Shown: positions 45,285-54,813, counted from the first letter of the stretch. The stretch: DNA of 58,645 bases from Candidatus Altiarchaeales archaeon ex4484_2 (GCA_002254565.1 NJEG01000001.1:1-58645), one strand, 5' to 3'. Translations and numbers: made by a program. The notes: a model not told the origin generated them from the letters alone.

Positions 45285-45941
45285 CTAGTATGTTTTACCT
45301 TTTTGTTTATCTATTGAAAAACTCGCGGTGTCTGCGATGGACATAACAGCCATAACACCTGCCTGTATGGGGTCGGATACGACTAAATCCGCTATATCCG
45401 GCACGGAACCTGCCATCTTAAGGGATACTACCTTGATCCCCTGTTCCTGTATCTCTTGGGCTGCCTTCTTTATTTCCCCGCCCATCAGGGAGCCGGCCAG
45501 AATCAATACCTTAGCCCTCTGTAGTCGGGCCACAGCCCTTACCGCCTCTGCTATTTCAGCCTCTCCAACGAGGGGTATGGTGTCCACGGAAATCTTCTCC
45601 CCCCGTATGTTATGCCGGTCTGCTTCCGAGATTGCGCCGGTAGCCACCTCAGATACCTGGGCGCCGCCCCCAACCACGATAACCCGTTTACCATATATCT
45701 GATAGAACGTTGGCACAGTGCTTGTTTTTACCGTCACCTCCAGGCAGTCTATTTCCTCAACCAGCTTATCAAGGTCACATGCGCCGGTAATCTCCAGGTA
45801 GAGGTGTACTGTTTCACCGGAGCCTAGCTGTTCTATGTGGACTATGTTCCCTTCATGTGACGCTATCGTGGATGCTATATCCTTCAGGGCTCCTACAACA
45901 TTCCTTATTTCCACCCAGACTGCTTTCTCCGGCTCAACCAT
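45285..45941 (-). CDS. ACT-domain protein with DUF5612-like C-terminal domain
   Basis: 218 aa with an N-terminal ACT-like fold (VWVEIRNVVGALKDIASTIASHEGNI) and a Rossmann-like C-half (VIVVGGGAQVSEVATGAI). Confidence 0.5.
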   Translation of the reverse strand: MVEPEKAVWVEIRNVVGALKDIASTIASHEGNIVHIEQLGSGETVHLYLEITGACDLDKLVEEIDCLEVTVKTSTVPTFYQIYGKRVIVVGGGAQVSEVATGAISEADRHNIRGEKISVDTIPLVGEAEIAEAVRAVARLQRAKVLILAGSLMGGEIKKAAQEIQEQGIKVVSLKMAGSVPDIADLVVSDPIQAGVMAVMSIADTASFSIDKQKGKTY

Positions 45942-46005
45942 TTTTTCTCTCTTATCCTTGGTTAATATGAGGTATTATCATACTTTATAATTCAACAAAA
46001 AAAAA

Positions 46006-46680
46006 TCAGAGGGTGTAGTTTTCAAGCTGATCCGCACATTCCTTTCTTATATCCACCGTTTTTATCTTGGAGCATACGTTACCGTTTTTGATTAATTTAG
46101 CTATCTCGAAGTAGCACTCGTCTGCCAGCTTCCTGGTCCGGATTACATCGCACAGGTATCCCTGTTTCATCTCCAGGGCAAGACGGTAGTAGCATCTATC
46201 CCTGTCCACTATTTTGCCTATGGACTCGCATATATCCATCCTCTCGGATTCAGCAGCTACTTTCGAGTAGCATTCGTCCCGGTACCAGTCCTCCTTGATA
46301 CCAGCACATAGTTTTTTGTTGCCGAGCATCCCGGCCAGGGTCACGATACAGTTTGTTTTAATGTCCGGGTCATTTATTGATTTGCAGGTGTTCGGGTTTT
46401 TGTTCAAAACAGCCACCTGCTTCAGGCATACATCTTTTTTGAACTGGTATTCTGATTCCTCACACACCTTCGCTGAGGTGAAGTATGGTTCCCTTGTGGT
46501 CGAGGTTGTCGAGGTCTCGTTGTATTCGGGTATAGCCGTTGTGGTAGTAACTGAGATGTTGGATGAGTTCGTGGAGTTTGTTGACTGATTTGTTGGAGCA
46601 TCAACAACGCACCCCGTATAAAGAGACATTATCAAGAACATAACAGCAACCAGCGATTTCCCGGGTTTGGACATCTTCAC
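46006..46680 (-). CDS. secreted Cys-pair repeat protein
   Basis: 224 aa with a signal and lipobox-like YTGC, and an S/T/N-rich linker. About 6 repeats of about 28-32 aa follow, each with two Cys (for example NTCKSINDPDIKTNCIV, KLCAGIKEDWYRDECYSKVA, DICESIGKIVDRDRCYYRLA). Confidence 0.65.
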   Translation of the reverse strand: MKMSKPGKSLVAVMFLIMSLYTGCVVDAPTNQSTNSTNSSNISVTTTTAIPEYNETSTTSTTREPYFTSAKVCEESEYQFKKDVCLKQVAVLNKNPNTCKSINDPDIKTNCIVTLAGMLGNKKLCAGIKEDWYRDECYSKVAAESERMDICESIGKIVDRDRCYYRLALEMKQGYLCDVIRTRKLADECYFEIAKLIKNGNVCSKIKTVDIRKECADQLENYTL

Positions 46681-46731
46681 TCAACTATTAGGTATTGTTT
46701 TTTTAAAGCCAGCATCTACATTAAATAATCT

Positions 46732-46893
46732 ATGGCTTATGTGAGGGAGAAGAAGGTTAAGGGACGGAATTACTATTACCTGGTGAAGTCCGTCAGGGAA
46801 GGTGGTAGAGTAAGGCAGGTGAATCTGGAATACCTTGGCCCCAAAAAGCCCTCCCGCCGGCATATTAAGGAGTTAAGGAAGAGGTATGATTAG
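46732..46893 (+). CDS. small basic ORF (53 aa), not in supplied track
   Basis: ATG 46732, TAG 46891-46893. It translates to MAYVREKKVKGRNYYYLVKSVREGGRVRQVNLEYLGPKKPSRRHIKELRKRYD. TATA-like tttttaaag lies about 25-33 nt upstream. The YYYLVxSxREGGxVRQxxLxYLG pattern resembles the N-terminal module of IS1634-type transposases and related small proteins. Confidence 0.45.
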   Translation: MAYVREKKVKGRNYYYLVKSVREGGRVRQVNLEYLGPKKPSRRHIKELRKRYD

Positions 46894-46894
46894 G

Positions 46895-47596
46895 TTATAT
46901 TATCAGCTCCCCCAGCACTGCCACGCCTTCACCTTGTCTTATGTCGACTGAGAATTTGTCCATCTTGTGCCTCACACCCCTCATCTTTTTCACCTGAAGG
47001 TATCGCTTGACCTTGTTTTCTATTTCAACCGTTCCAAGCTCTATTATCCCGTCGCAGAGGAATTCCTCTGAACCAAGGAGGAGGTTTTCTATGGTTTTCT
47101 CCGTAATCACTTCCGCAGCAATAAAGGTTGTTGCCCCCAATGCCCTCAGTTTCTCAAAAAAGAAGTAGAGTTCACTTCTGTCCTTGACTGTATCTATGAG
47201 AGTGTAAAGCGCGTTAAGGGAGTCTATAGCCACACAAGTGAAACTGCTCCCAATCTGCTTGTGGTATTTGGACATGGAATCAATAACCCATTCGAATTCC
47301 AGGTTGCTCTGGCCTTGTATGCTGCCCAGCTTCCTGGTGTAGTTGTAGTCTATGACGTCGATGGAATTGGGTTTATCCAATCCCATGCTCTTGAGATTCA
47401 TCAGGTGCCGTTCCTTGTTTTCCTCCAGCGTAATATATATGCCCTTGGAGTCCGTCTGCAGGGTATAGCTTGACAGAGCCGTGAACATGAACGTTGATTT
47501 AAAGCTCCCAGGGGTTCCCCTGACAAGAATAATCGACGACTTCGGCTCCTCGTTCTCCATTATCTGCTCAAAACCCGGTATTGAACTCCTCAGCAT
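46895..47596 (-). CDS. single-domain KaiC-like ATPase with atypical P-loop
   Basis: 233 aa. The P-loop is GTPGSFKST (Phe replaces the usual Gly before Lys). LEENKERH and Walker B strand FTCVAIDSLNAL are present, and the C-terminus LQVKKMRGVRH is typical of KaiC/RadA-like proteins. Confidence 0.7.
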   Translation of the reverse strand: MLRSSIPGFEQIMENEEPKSSIILVRGTPGSFKSTFMFTALSSYTLQTDSKGIYITLEENKERHLMNLKSMGLDKPNSIDVIDYNYTRKLGSIQGQSNLEFEWVIDSMSKYHKQIGSSFTCVAIDSLNALYTLIDTVKDRSELYFFFEKLRALGATTFIAAEVITEKTIENLLLGSEEFLCDGIIELGTVEIENKVKRYLQVKKMRGVRHKMDKFSVDIRQGEGVAVLGELII

Positions 47597-47598
47597 TT

Positions 47599-48486
47599 TT
47601 ACACCTCATCTCCTGTTTCCACCAAATGCACCTCCCTTTCCAGGAGTTTCTTTTGGTTCTCATTTAGTATATAGGGATTAACGGATATTATAAGTATGCA
47701 GTTACTGACCCTGATTTTATCCGTAAGCCGTTCCATAAAAAACAATGTTCTCTCGAAGCTGTTGTGTTCTATCAGGTAGTCGAGCCCCCCTATATATATG
47801 ACTCCCTTACCGCTTCTCTTTGTGAACTCCCCGGTCTCCTCGTCCTTCCTGAATTCCATGTCCCCGCTTTTCTTTATAAAATCCTCTATGACCTGAAGCA
47901 TCTTCTCAAGCTCGGGACCGAGAGACATGGTGTCTTTCGGTGAGGTCTCAGTAAGCCAGATACAGGGGGTCTTCTTCAGCCTGAGTTTTTCCCTCACATC
48001 AAGTGGACATATCCTGGAAAGTAAAAGCCCTTCATATCCCTTAGCTAGAGAGTGCATGAACATGTTAATCCCCTTATCGAATTCCTCCTCCATTATGAGA
48101 TAGGTTTGGCCTCCCCCTGCCCTGAAGGCTTCACCACTCACCACAATATTGCTTTCCATGGCAGGGGTGATAGCCGGGAAACCCTTCTCCCGTTTTATGG
48201 TAAACGATGCGGCAACCAGAAATACTGTGAACACCGGAATCAACTCGACCTTGATGAGTTCCAGCATAAAAGGTTCGTACATGAAATCCTTCACCAGCCT
48301 AACAACACAGAGTATGAACGCGGTCATCATGGCCAGCAGTATATAGAGCCATGTGTACGACTCCATCCTGGTCCAGTAATAGCACTTATAGCTTATCAGG
48401 ACTGCTGTGATGAAACCTATCACTGAAACACACTTTAACGCTATTACTATGTTTGAAAGAGTTATTACTTCAACCACCTTCCCCAC
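47599..48486 (-). CDS. membrane protein with cytoplasmic DUF835 domain
   Basis: 295 aa with about 4 TM helices, then YLIMEEEFDKG...GLLLSRICP...PCIWLTE...VIYIGGLDYLIEHNSFERTLFFMERLTD...ILIISVNP. The track start is GTG 48486; a GTG at 48477 has a better SD spacing. Confidence 0.65.
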   Translation of the reverse strand: MGKVVEVITLSNIVIALKCVSVIGFITAVLISYKCYYWTRMESYTWLYILLAMMTAFILCVVRLVKDFMYEPFMLELIKVELIPVFTVFLVAASFTIKREKGFPAITPAMESNIVVSGEAFRAGGGQTYLIMEEEFDKGINMFMHSLAKGYEGLLLSRICPLDVREKLRLKKTPCIWLTETSPKDTMSLGPELEKMLQVIEDFIKKSGDMEFRKDEETGEFTKRSGKGVIYIGGLDYLIEHNSFERTLFFMERLTDKIRVSNCILIISVNPYILNENQKKLLEREVHLVETGDEV

Positions 48487-48784
48487 CTCTACTGGGTTCC
48501 ATACAGAATGAGCGATAGTTGTGGTAGCATGCGTAAGCGAAGAGTATGCTCGCCAAAGTGATGCAACCCCACTCCAGCGTACGGAAGGTGCTGAATTCGT
48601 ATGTTTCCCTTAATATCGCCGCCAGAGTGGAGAAAAAAATAAATGCGAATCCAAGGGTGAAATATTTCCACTTCTTATGTTCAAGTATATACACGTGGAG
48701 CATGTGATAGAAAGCAGGCAGTATCAGCATTAGAGTAATAAACTCAGCTATCTGAAACGCCTGACAACATAATGATTCATCCAT
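48470..48784 (-). CDS. small 3-TM membrane protein, overlapping the DUF835 gene start
   Basis: 104 aa with three hydrophobic helices. There is a 17-nt overlap with the downstream ORF in a different frame. Confidence 0.45.
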   Translation of the reverse strand: MDESLCCQAFQIAEFITLMLILPAFYHMLHVYILEHKKWKYFTLGFAFIFFSTLAAILRETYEFSTFRTLEWGCITLASILFAYACYHNYRSFCMEPSRGGEGG

Positions 48785-48826
48785 TTTCTCGGTACAGATT
48801 ATATTATTGACAGGGGAATAAATAAG

Positions 48827-49603
48827 TTATTTCACTGAGCCAAGCTCATACAGGAGGCATTTGTTTCTTTCAGCGATTTCTTTTATCTCCTTCTTGTTTT
48901 CTCCTGAAACAGAGAGGAGGAAGTTGTCGAGGTTCCGTGTTACAGGCAAAGGTATCCCCTCCAGAGTATCAAATTCCCTGCCTGATTTCTCCGACATCTC
49001 ATACATTGTGGGATTAAGACCACCCTTCGTAACATCCTTGGAGGCGTTAACCTTAATGCCCGAATCCAGTATCTGATACCATGCCCTGAACAAGGTCTTG
49101 GCTTTCTGTATCCTCTCCTCCTGGCTACCCCACAAAGGCTCACCCAGGAGAATCAATGAATCACCCTCCCTTGCGCCAGAGTCTCTTATCGGCTTCTTAA
49201 GGATTAGTTCACCAACTACCGTGATACTGCACCTGGGCTCCACCCCCTCAAAGAGGGTGTTCCCCCCCAGTACAGGTATCTCCATGGCCCGGGCCTGCCT
49301 CTTCAGGCTCTCAGCCATATCTCTTACATCCTCCCTGAGCCCAATAAGCGTGTTAAGGCAAAACAGGGGTCTGCCTCCCTTGACCACAACATCCGTGGAT
49401 GCATGTATCAAAGCCGACTTCATGACCAGCCTCTTGCTGTATGGCCCGTCGGTGGAAGCCAGCAGCTTCCCCCCACAGAAATTTATGCATACAGAGTCAT
49501 CCCAGTCTCTTATGCCCATGACCGGCTCCGCCATAGCGTCCATGTCCATGAACAATTCCCTGAGAAACTCTATTGACTTAACGTATCTCTCGACTTGGCT
49601 CAT
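48827..49603 (-). CDS. PurM/AIR-synthase-related ATP-binding protein (short)
   Basis: 258 aa with a PurM-like N-domain (LLASTDGP...ALIHASTDVVVKGGRP) and C-domain (GDSLILLGEP...ASKDVTKGGL). Confidence 0.6.
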   Translation of the reverse strand: MSQVERYVKSIEFLRELFMDMDAMAEPVMGIRDWDDSVCINFCGGKLLASTDGPYSKRLVMKSALIHASTDVVVKGGRPLFCLNTLIGLREDVRDMAESLKRQARAMEIPVLGGNTLFEGVEPRCSITVVGELILKKPIRDSGAREGDSLILLGEPLWGSQEERIQKAKTLFRAWYQILDSGIKVNASKDVTKGGLNPTMYEMSEKSGREFDTLEGIPLPVTRNLDNFLLSVSGENKKEIKEIAERNKCLLYELGSVK

Positions 49604-50376
49604 TTTCCGTCGTAGGCCTGCAGGTCCAGGTTCACGTAAGAAAAGCCCAGGTTCCTGAATCCTCCTATTATGTGGTCGCTGTTCTCTATAATAGTTGGGA
49701 AGTCGCCCCTGAAGGATTCTATTCTTGCGATATGATCGTGGTTCCGAACCCGGAATTGTTTAATCCCCAACGCCCTGAGCAGTTCCTCTGCCAGATCTAT
49801 TTTCTCCAGTTTTTTCCTGGTAAGCTCTCTCCCGTAGGGTATTCTCGTCGCCAGGCAGGTATTGGAGTATCTATCATGATTTGAGAGCCCTAGTTTTTTC
49901 GCCCCCTCCCGTATATCACCTTTTGTAAAACCAGCTTCAGCCAGCGGAGTCTCAACTCCATCCTCCTTGAGGGCTTTGAGCCCCGGCCTCTCCTCCCTCA
50001 GGTCGTCGGCGTTTGTACCGTCAAAGAGTGTTTCCATCCCCTCCCTGTCGGCTATGTTTTTCAGTATCCCCGCAATGCGTTTCTTGCATATATAGCACCT
50101 GTGGGATGGGTTTCTGGCGAGTCTTTCATCTTCCAAGAAGTTATCTTTCACCAGCTGGTGTCTGACACCTATCTCGGACGCTATCTCACCTGCCTTTTCC
50201 ACGTCGGTCTGGGACATCAACCCGTTGTCTATGGTCACAGCCAGTGCATTCCCCCCAAGGATGTCGTATGACGCCTTCGCCAGCAGGGTGCTGTCCACAC
50301 CCCCCGACAGGGCTATCACCACCCTTTCATGTCGTGAAATAATCTCCTGGAGCTTCTTATATTTGCCTGCACTCAT
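49600..50376 (-). CDS. PP-loop ATP pyrophosphatase, LarE/TIGR00268-like sulfur transferase
   Basis: 258 aa with PP-loop VIALSGGVDST, Cys motifs CYICK and NTCLATRIPYG, and a C-terminal RVRNHDHIARIE. It overlaps the downstream PurM-like gene by 4 nt. Confidence 0.75.
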   Translation of the reverse strand: MSAGKYKKLQEIISRHERVVIALSGGVDSTLLAKASYDILGGNALAVTIDNGLMSQTDVEKAGEIASEIGVRHQLVKDNFLEDERLARNPSHRCYICKKRIAGILKNIADREGMETLFDGTNADDLREERPGLKALKEDGVETPLAEAGFTKGDIREGAKKLGLSNHDRYSNTCLATRIPYGRELTRKKLEKIDLAEELLRALGIKQFRVRNHDHIARIESFRGDFPTIIENSDHIIGGFRNLGFSYVNLDLQAYDGK

Positions 50377-50410
50377 ATTAAATATATATCAATTTAAGGT
50401 TAAAGAAACA

Positions 50411-51649
50411 ATGTCTGGCTCGCGTATTCCCGGCTTCTACAAGCTGGACGTCAAGGAGAGAGTGGAGAAGATTAAGGCCTTCGCCTCCCTAAACGAGGAG
50501 GAGGTTTCATTGTTAGATGCTGGTTTGTCTCTTGAGCAGGCTGATGGGATGATAGAGAATGTCTACGGCATATATTCTCTGCCGCTGGGTGTCGCAGTGA
50601 ATTTCAGGATAAACAACAGGGATTACCTGGTTCCCATGGCCACGGAGGAGTCTTCTGTTGTGGCTGCGGCATCTAATGCGGCCAAGGTTTTCCGCTCATC
50701 AGGTGGTTTCAGGGCCTCCTCAAGCGAGCCGTTGATGACGGGGCAGATCCAGGTAACAGACTGCTCTCCTGAGAAAGCTGCAGCTTCTGTTATTGACGCC
50801 AGGGATGAGTTAATGGATTTAGCTAACCAGCAGGATCCTGTTCTCGTGAAACTGGGTGGGGGTGTGCGTGATGTTAAGGCCCGCGTGGTTGGTGATATGC
50901 TTGTTGTCCACATCCTGGTTGACGTGAGAGACGCTATGGGAGCTAACGCCGTTAACAGCATGTGTGAGGCGTTGACGCCATTGATTGAGGATTTAACCGG
51001 CGGTAGAGTGAATTTCCGCATCCTCTCCAATTACGCTTTGGAGAGGACTGCTAGGGCTGAAGCCAGCATACCCCTGGAGTCTATCGGGGAGGATTTAGCC
51101 AGGGATATCGTGTCCGGCTACCGGTTCGCTTCCCTGGACGTGTATAGGGCTGTGACCCACAACAAGGGGGTTATGAATGGGGTATCCGCTGTCTGCCTGG
51201 CTACCGGGAACGATACCCGGGCTGTTGAGTCAGGCGCCCATGCTTTCGCCTGCCATAAGGGTGGATATGCACCCCTCTCTAAGTGGTTTATCGAAGATGA
51301 TCTGTTGAAGGGTTTCGTTGAGCTTCCTGTTGCCGTCGGCATTGTGGGAGGTGGAACAATGCATCCCATGGCCAGGCTTTCGCTTAAGATACTTAATGTT
51401 TCTTCTGCCAGGGAGTTGGGCGAGGTTCTTGCTTCCGTTGGCTTAGCCCAGAATTTCGCTGCACTGCGGGCTCTTGCCTCCGAGGGCATCCAGAAGGGTC
51501 ATATGAGATTGCACGCCAGAAACATCGCGGTAATGGCCGGCGCCTCAGGTGTCGAGGTTGAGGAGGTGGCGGATTTATTGATTGAGGGAGATAAGATTAG
51601 AGTGGATAAAGCCAGGGAGTTCCTGGATGATTTAAGAAAAAATGACTAG
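50411..51649 (+). CDS. hmgA: hydroxymethylglutaryl-CoA reductase, class II type
   Basis: 412 aa from ATG 50411. RIPGFYKL..., [49 protein letters not shown] and VGIVGGGT match my recollection of the Pseudomonas mevalonii-type (class II) enzyme. The track ORF start at 50225 is an antisense-overlapping extension. Confidence 0.85.
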   Translation: MSGSRIPGFYKLDVKERVEKIKAFASLNEEEVSLLDAGLSLEQADGMIENVYGIYSLPLGVAVNFRINNRDYLVPMATEESSVVAAASNAAKVFRSSGGFRASSSEPLMTGQIQVTDCSPEKAAASVIDARDELMDLANQQDPVLVKLGGGVRDVKARVVGDMLVVHILVDVRDAMGANAVNSMCEALTPLIEDLTGGRVNFRILSNYALERTARAEASIPLESIGEDLARDIVSGYRFASLDVYRAVTHNKGVMNGVSAVCLATGNDTRAVESGAHAFACHKGGYAPLSKWFIEDDLLKGFVELPVAVGIVGGGTMHPMARLSLKILNVSSARELGEVLASVGLAQNFAALRALASEGIQKGHMRLHARNIAVMAGASGVEVEEVADLLIEGDKIRVDKAREFLDDLRKND

Positions 51650-52769
51650 ATACAGGATTGGTTTAATCCCGGGGGATGGTATCGGCCCGGAGATTATTGA
51701 TGAGGGAGTGAAGGTTTTGGATAGGGTTTCAGAGCTTGAAGGCTTTGATATTGACTGGATTAGTTACCCTTATGGAGCTGATCATTACCTTGAGACGGGG
51801 GAGCTTTTACCTGAGAGTGCGTTGAAGGAGATGTCAGGTCTTGACTCGATTTATCTGGGGGCGTTGGGTGATCCCCGCTGTGAGCCGGGCATTTTGGAGA
51901 AGGGTATTCTCTTGAATCTGCGCTTTTATCTGGATCAGTTCGTTAACCTGAGGCCGATTAAGCTACTTGAGGGTGTTTCCTGCCCTCTGAGGGATCCTGG
52001 TGTTGTGGATTTCACTGTTGTGAGAGAGAACACTGAGGACTTCTATGTTGGCATAGGCAACAGGGCTTCTGTTGGTAAGAGCAGGCAGCATCTGGAGGTG
52101 TTGCGGAGCCTTTATAGCGTGAAATTCGGCTTGGATGTGGAGGTGGATGGCTCTGAGATAGCCTACCAGGTTGGTGTAATGTCCCGCAAGGGCGCGGAGA
52201 GGATTATCAGGTACGCTTTTGATCTGGCTGTGAGAAAAGAACAGGAGAGGGTCACTGCAGTGGATAAGGCTAATGTTTTGACGTCTATTTATGGTTTCTG
52301 GCGTGAGGTATTTAATTCTGTTGCAGCAGATTATCCGTCGATTGAGACTGAGTTTAATTTCGTGGACGCTATCACGATGTGGTTTGTGAAGAAGCCCTCC
52401 TGGTACCAGGTTGTTGTAACACCCAACATGTTCGGGGATATTATCACGGACTTGGGGGCGATGATACAGGGCGGTCTGGGTCTGGCTCCGGGGGGGAATA
52501 TTAACCCGGATGGTGTGTCCATGTTTGAGCCGATTCACGGCTCTGCTCCGAAGTATAAGGGCATGAATAGGGCTAACCCCATAGCCACTATCTGGGCTGG
52601 TGCTTTGTTGCTGGAGGAGCTGGGTGAGGTGGAGGCCTCAAAAAATGTGGTATCGTCTATCGAGTCCCTCCTTAAGGAAGGGAAGACGCTGACAAAAGAT
52701 CTAGGGGGTTCCGCGACAACAAGCGATTTGGGTGATGCGATATCCAGGAAACTGGATGAGTTCTATTAG
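51642..52769 (+). CDS. beta-decarboxylating dehydrogenase (isopropylmalate/tartrate/isocitrate dehydrogenase family)
   Basis: 375 aa with [32 protein letters not shown] and NPIATIWA. The N-terminal layout looks closer to the tartrate/D-malate dehydrogenase branch than to short archaeal LeuB. It overlaps the hmgA stop by 8 nt. Confidence 0.8.
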   Translation: MTRYRIGLIPGDGIGPEIIDEGVKVLDRVSELEGFDIDWISYPYGADHYLETGELLPESALKEMSGLDSIYLGALGDPRCEPGILEKGILLNLRFYLDQFVNLRPIKLLEGVSCPLRDPGVVDFTVVRENTEDFYVGIGNRASVGKSRQHLEVLRSLYSVKFGLDVEVDGSEIAYQVGVMSRKGAERIIRYAFDLAVRKEQERVTAVDKANVLTSIYGFWREVFNSVAADYPSIETEFNFVDAITMWFVKKPSWYQVVVTPNMFGDIITDLGAMIQGGLGLAPGGNINPDGVSMFEPIHGSAPKYKGMNRANPIATIWAGALLLEELGEVEASKNVVSSIESLLKEGKTLTKDLGGSATTSDLGDAISRKLDEFY

Positions 52770-52775
52770 TTCCCC

Positions 52776-52810
52776 TTTTCTGTTTTTTTTTTGTTTTTTG
52801 TTGGTTGTTT
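52776..52810 (+). terminator. oligo-T archaeal-type terminator
   Basis: The sequence ttttctgttttttttttgttttttgttggttgttt begins 7 nt after the stop. It includes a T10 run at 52783-52792. Confidence 0.6.
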
Positions 52811-52862
52811 CAATTTCATATTTATACTATAAAGTTTTATATAGTAGTATATAATATTTTTA

Positions 52863-54813
52863 TTGGTGATGTGGATGTTAAACAAAAAAACAATCCTGTT
52901 AACGGCACTAACCCTTTTACTGCTGCAAGCAACCAACGCAACAACAGAATACTGGAACACACCAGAGGACTGTGTAATAGACGCAGACCAAACAGACACA
53001 GACAAGACAATAATCTACACATGCGACATCATAGTAAACAACAGCGCAACATGGAACCTCGAGAACGTAATACTTAAATCAAACCAGACAGAAAATTGGC
53101 AGTATAACATCCAGATAAAAGACGCTACAGTAAATTTCAATAGGGTCTCATTCATATCTCAAAATGATAAAATGACATCACATTCACACACAAGCGAATC
53201 AATAGTATCATTTGTTAGGTGTGACATACCTTATCCACAAAGATGGAATCCTGTGTGACATACCTTATCCACAAAGATGGAATCCTGGAATAAATGATGG
53301 AGGGGATATGGTAATAAACAACACAATGATCAGTACCTCATTCAGTCTAGCTCCTCCAGCCGAAAACAAGGTTTTAATCGAGAATATGAGCATGGGGCGG
53401 TATGGAGGAATTAGTTTATGGTACAACCAGGGAGATATAGAATTTTTATTATCCGATAACCAGGAATACTCGCAGGTTGACTGGTATTATTTGAGGGGTT
53501 CTGGTTGTGACGTTTATGGTTACTATGATGTGGTGGGTGAGGGTTACTGGTTGTCTGGGAGGACTGTGAGACGCCATTATCCAGTATGCGCCTACATAGA
53601 CGAAGGAGATACTAGCATAGGAGCGGGTAATGAAATAAGCCTCTGGTATAATAACAGCTTGGTGGATTCAGCATCCACAAACAGTGAGGGATGTGCTGTG
53701 CTCAGCAGATTGTTTGATGTTAACACATATAACCGCAATCATAGCATAAAGATCAACGGCGAAACAATCCGAGAGGATATAGATTTCTACAGCGACACCA
53801 TAGAAGCAGACGAAAACGGAGACATAAAAGGAATAGTGCTAAAAGAAGTCACAGGAACCTCAACTACCACAACAACATCAACCACCACTTCATCTACCAC
53901 AACAACCTCCACAAGCCCCTCTACGACCACAACATTACCTTCTGGAGGATATTATTCACAGGAGGAAGTGAGCTACAGTTGGGATAACTGTGAAACCGTA
54001 TTCAAAGAGAGCGCAGGAGACGACAACATGTATACCACAGCAGTACCCTTCGAGTTCAAATATTATGGTGAGACTAAACCAGCTGGAACCCAGATATACA
54101 TTGATACAAACGGCAGATTATCGTGGACAGACACAGCATCAGACTATCAGCCAACAGAAAACGAATTCAAGGCAGAGGAAGACATAGCCGTGTCTTGGAT
54201 AGACATGAAAGCTTATGGAAGGATATACGAATGCCATCAGGGAGCAGGATCAACAGATGAAAGATTAATTATTACGTGGGATACTGCATGGTATAGCGGG
54301 GATAAGGCAATATATCAGGTGGTGTTACATAGGAACGGGGACATAACCATAAATTACAATAACATGAGCAATGCATCAAACGCAGGACAAACCGGGAGAG
54401 GAACAGTATATAGGGGGGTAAGCAGGGGAGACAGCACAGACTACATACTGAACACCTGGAACAATATAAATCAGGACATGAACCATCGATCATTAAGATA
54501 CATATATGATGGCACAACAACAACCACAACAATAACCACAACAACATCAACCACCACTTCATCTACCACAACCACCTCCACCACTACAACAACCTCCACA
54601 AGCCCCTCTACGACCACATCAACTACCACATCAACTACGACCACCACACATCCTGAATGCACTGCTGGGTCCAGCTGCAGTCTTTGTGAGGGGTGGGTGG
54701 ATATAGAAACCGCTAAGGGTGTTTTCAAAGTACGTAAGGGAGGGGGTAGCATATATTATAATCAGGTGTGCATCAATGAACAGGCTACGTCAGTGATAAT
54801 CCTTCCCATTTAG
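52863..54813 (+). pseudogene. secreted S/T-linker surface protein gene split into two ORFs (52863-53258, 53212-54813) by a 34-bp tandem duplication
   Basis: Signal peptide MLNKKTILLTALTLLLLQATNA. Deleting one 34-bp copy fuses ...FVRCDIPYPQRWNP to GINDGGDMVINN... in frame. The downstream part has two near-identical T/S linkers and a NIDO-like segment (FEFKYYGETKPAGTQIYIDTNGRLSW...IAVSWIDM...YQVVLHRNGDITINY). Confidence 0.7.
53219..53286 (+). repeat. perfect 34-bp tandem duplication
   Basis: gtgtgacataccttatccacaaagatggaatcct occupies 53219-53252 and is repeated exactly at 53253-53286. A 34-nt unit produces a +1 frameshift. Confidence 0.95.

Noticed and set aside
47599-48784. The idea that the 104-aa 3-TM ORF and the DUF835 ORF are one 7-TM gene broken by a frameshift.
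   Set aside because: The overlap contains an SD-like GAGGTG followed by an in-frame GTG, which fits ordinary translational coupling. I cannot see a duplicated or slipped base. This stays a low-probability alternative that orthologue comparison could test.
50225-50410. The 62-codon upstream extension of the hmgA ORF.
   Set aside because: It overlaps the LarE-like gene on the other strand and has no similarity to HMGR N-termini. The conserved protein starts at ATG 50411.
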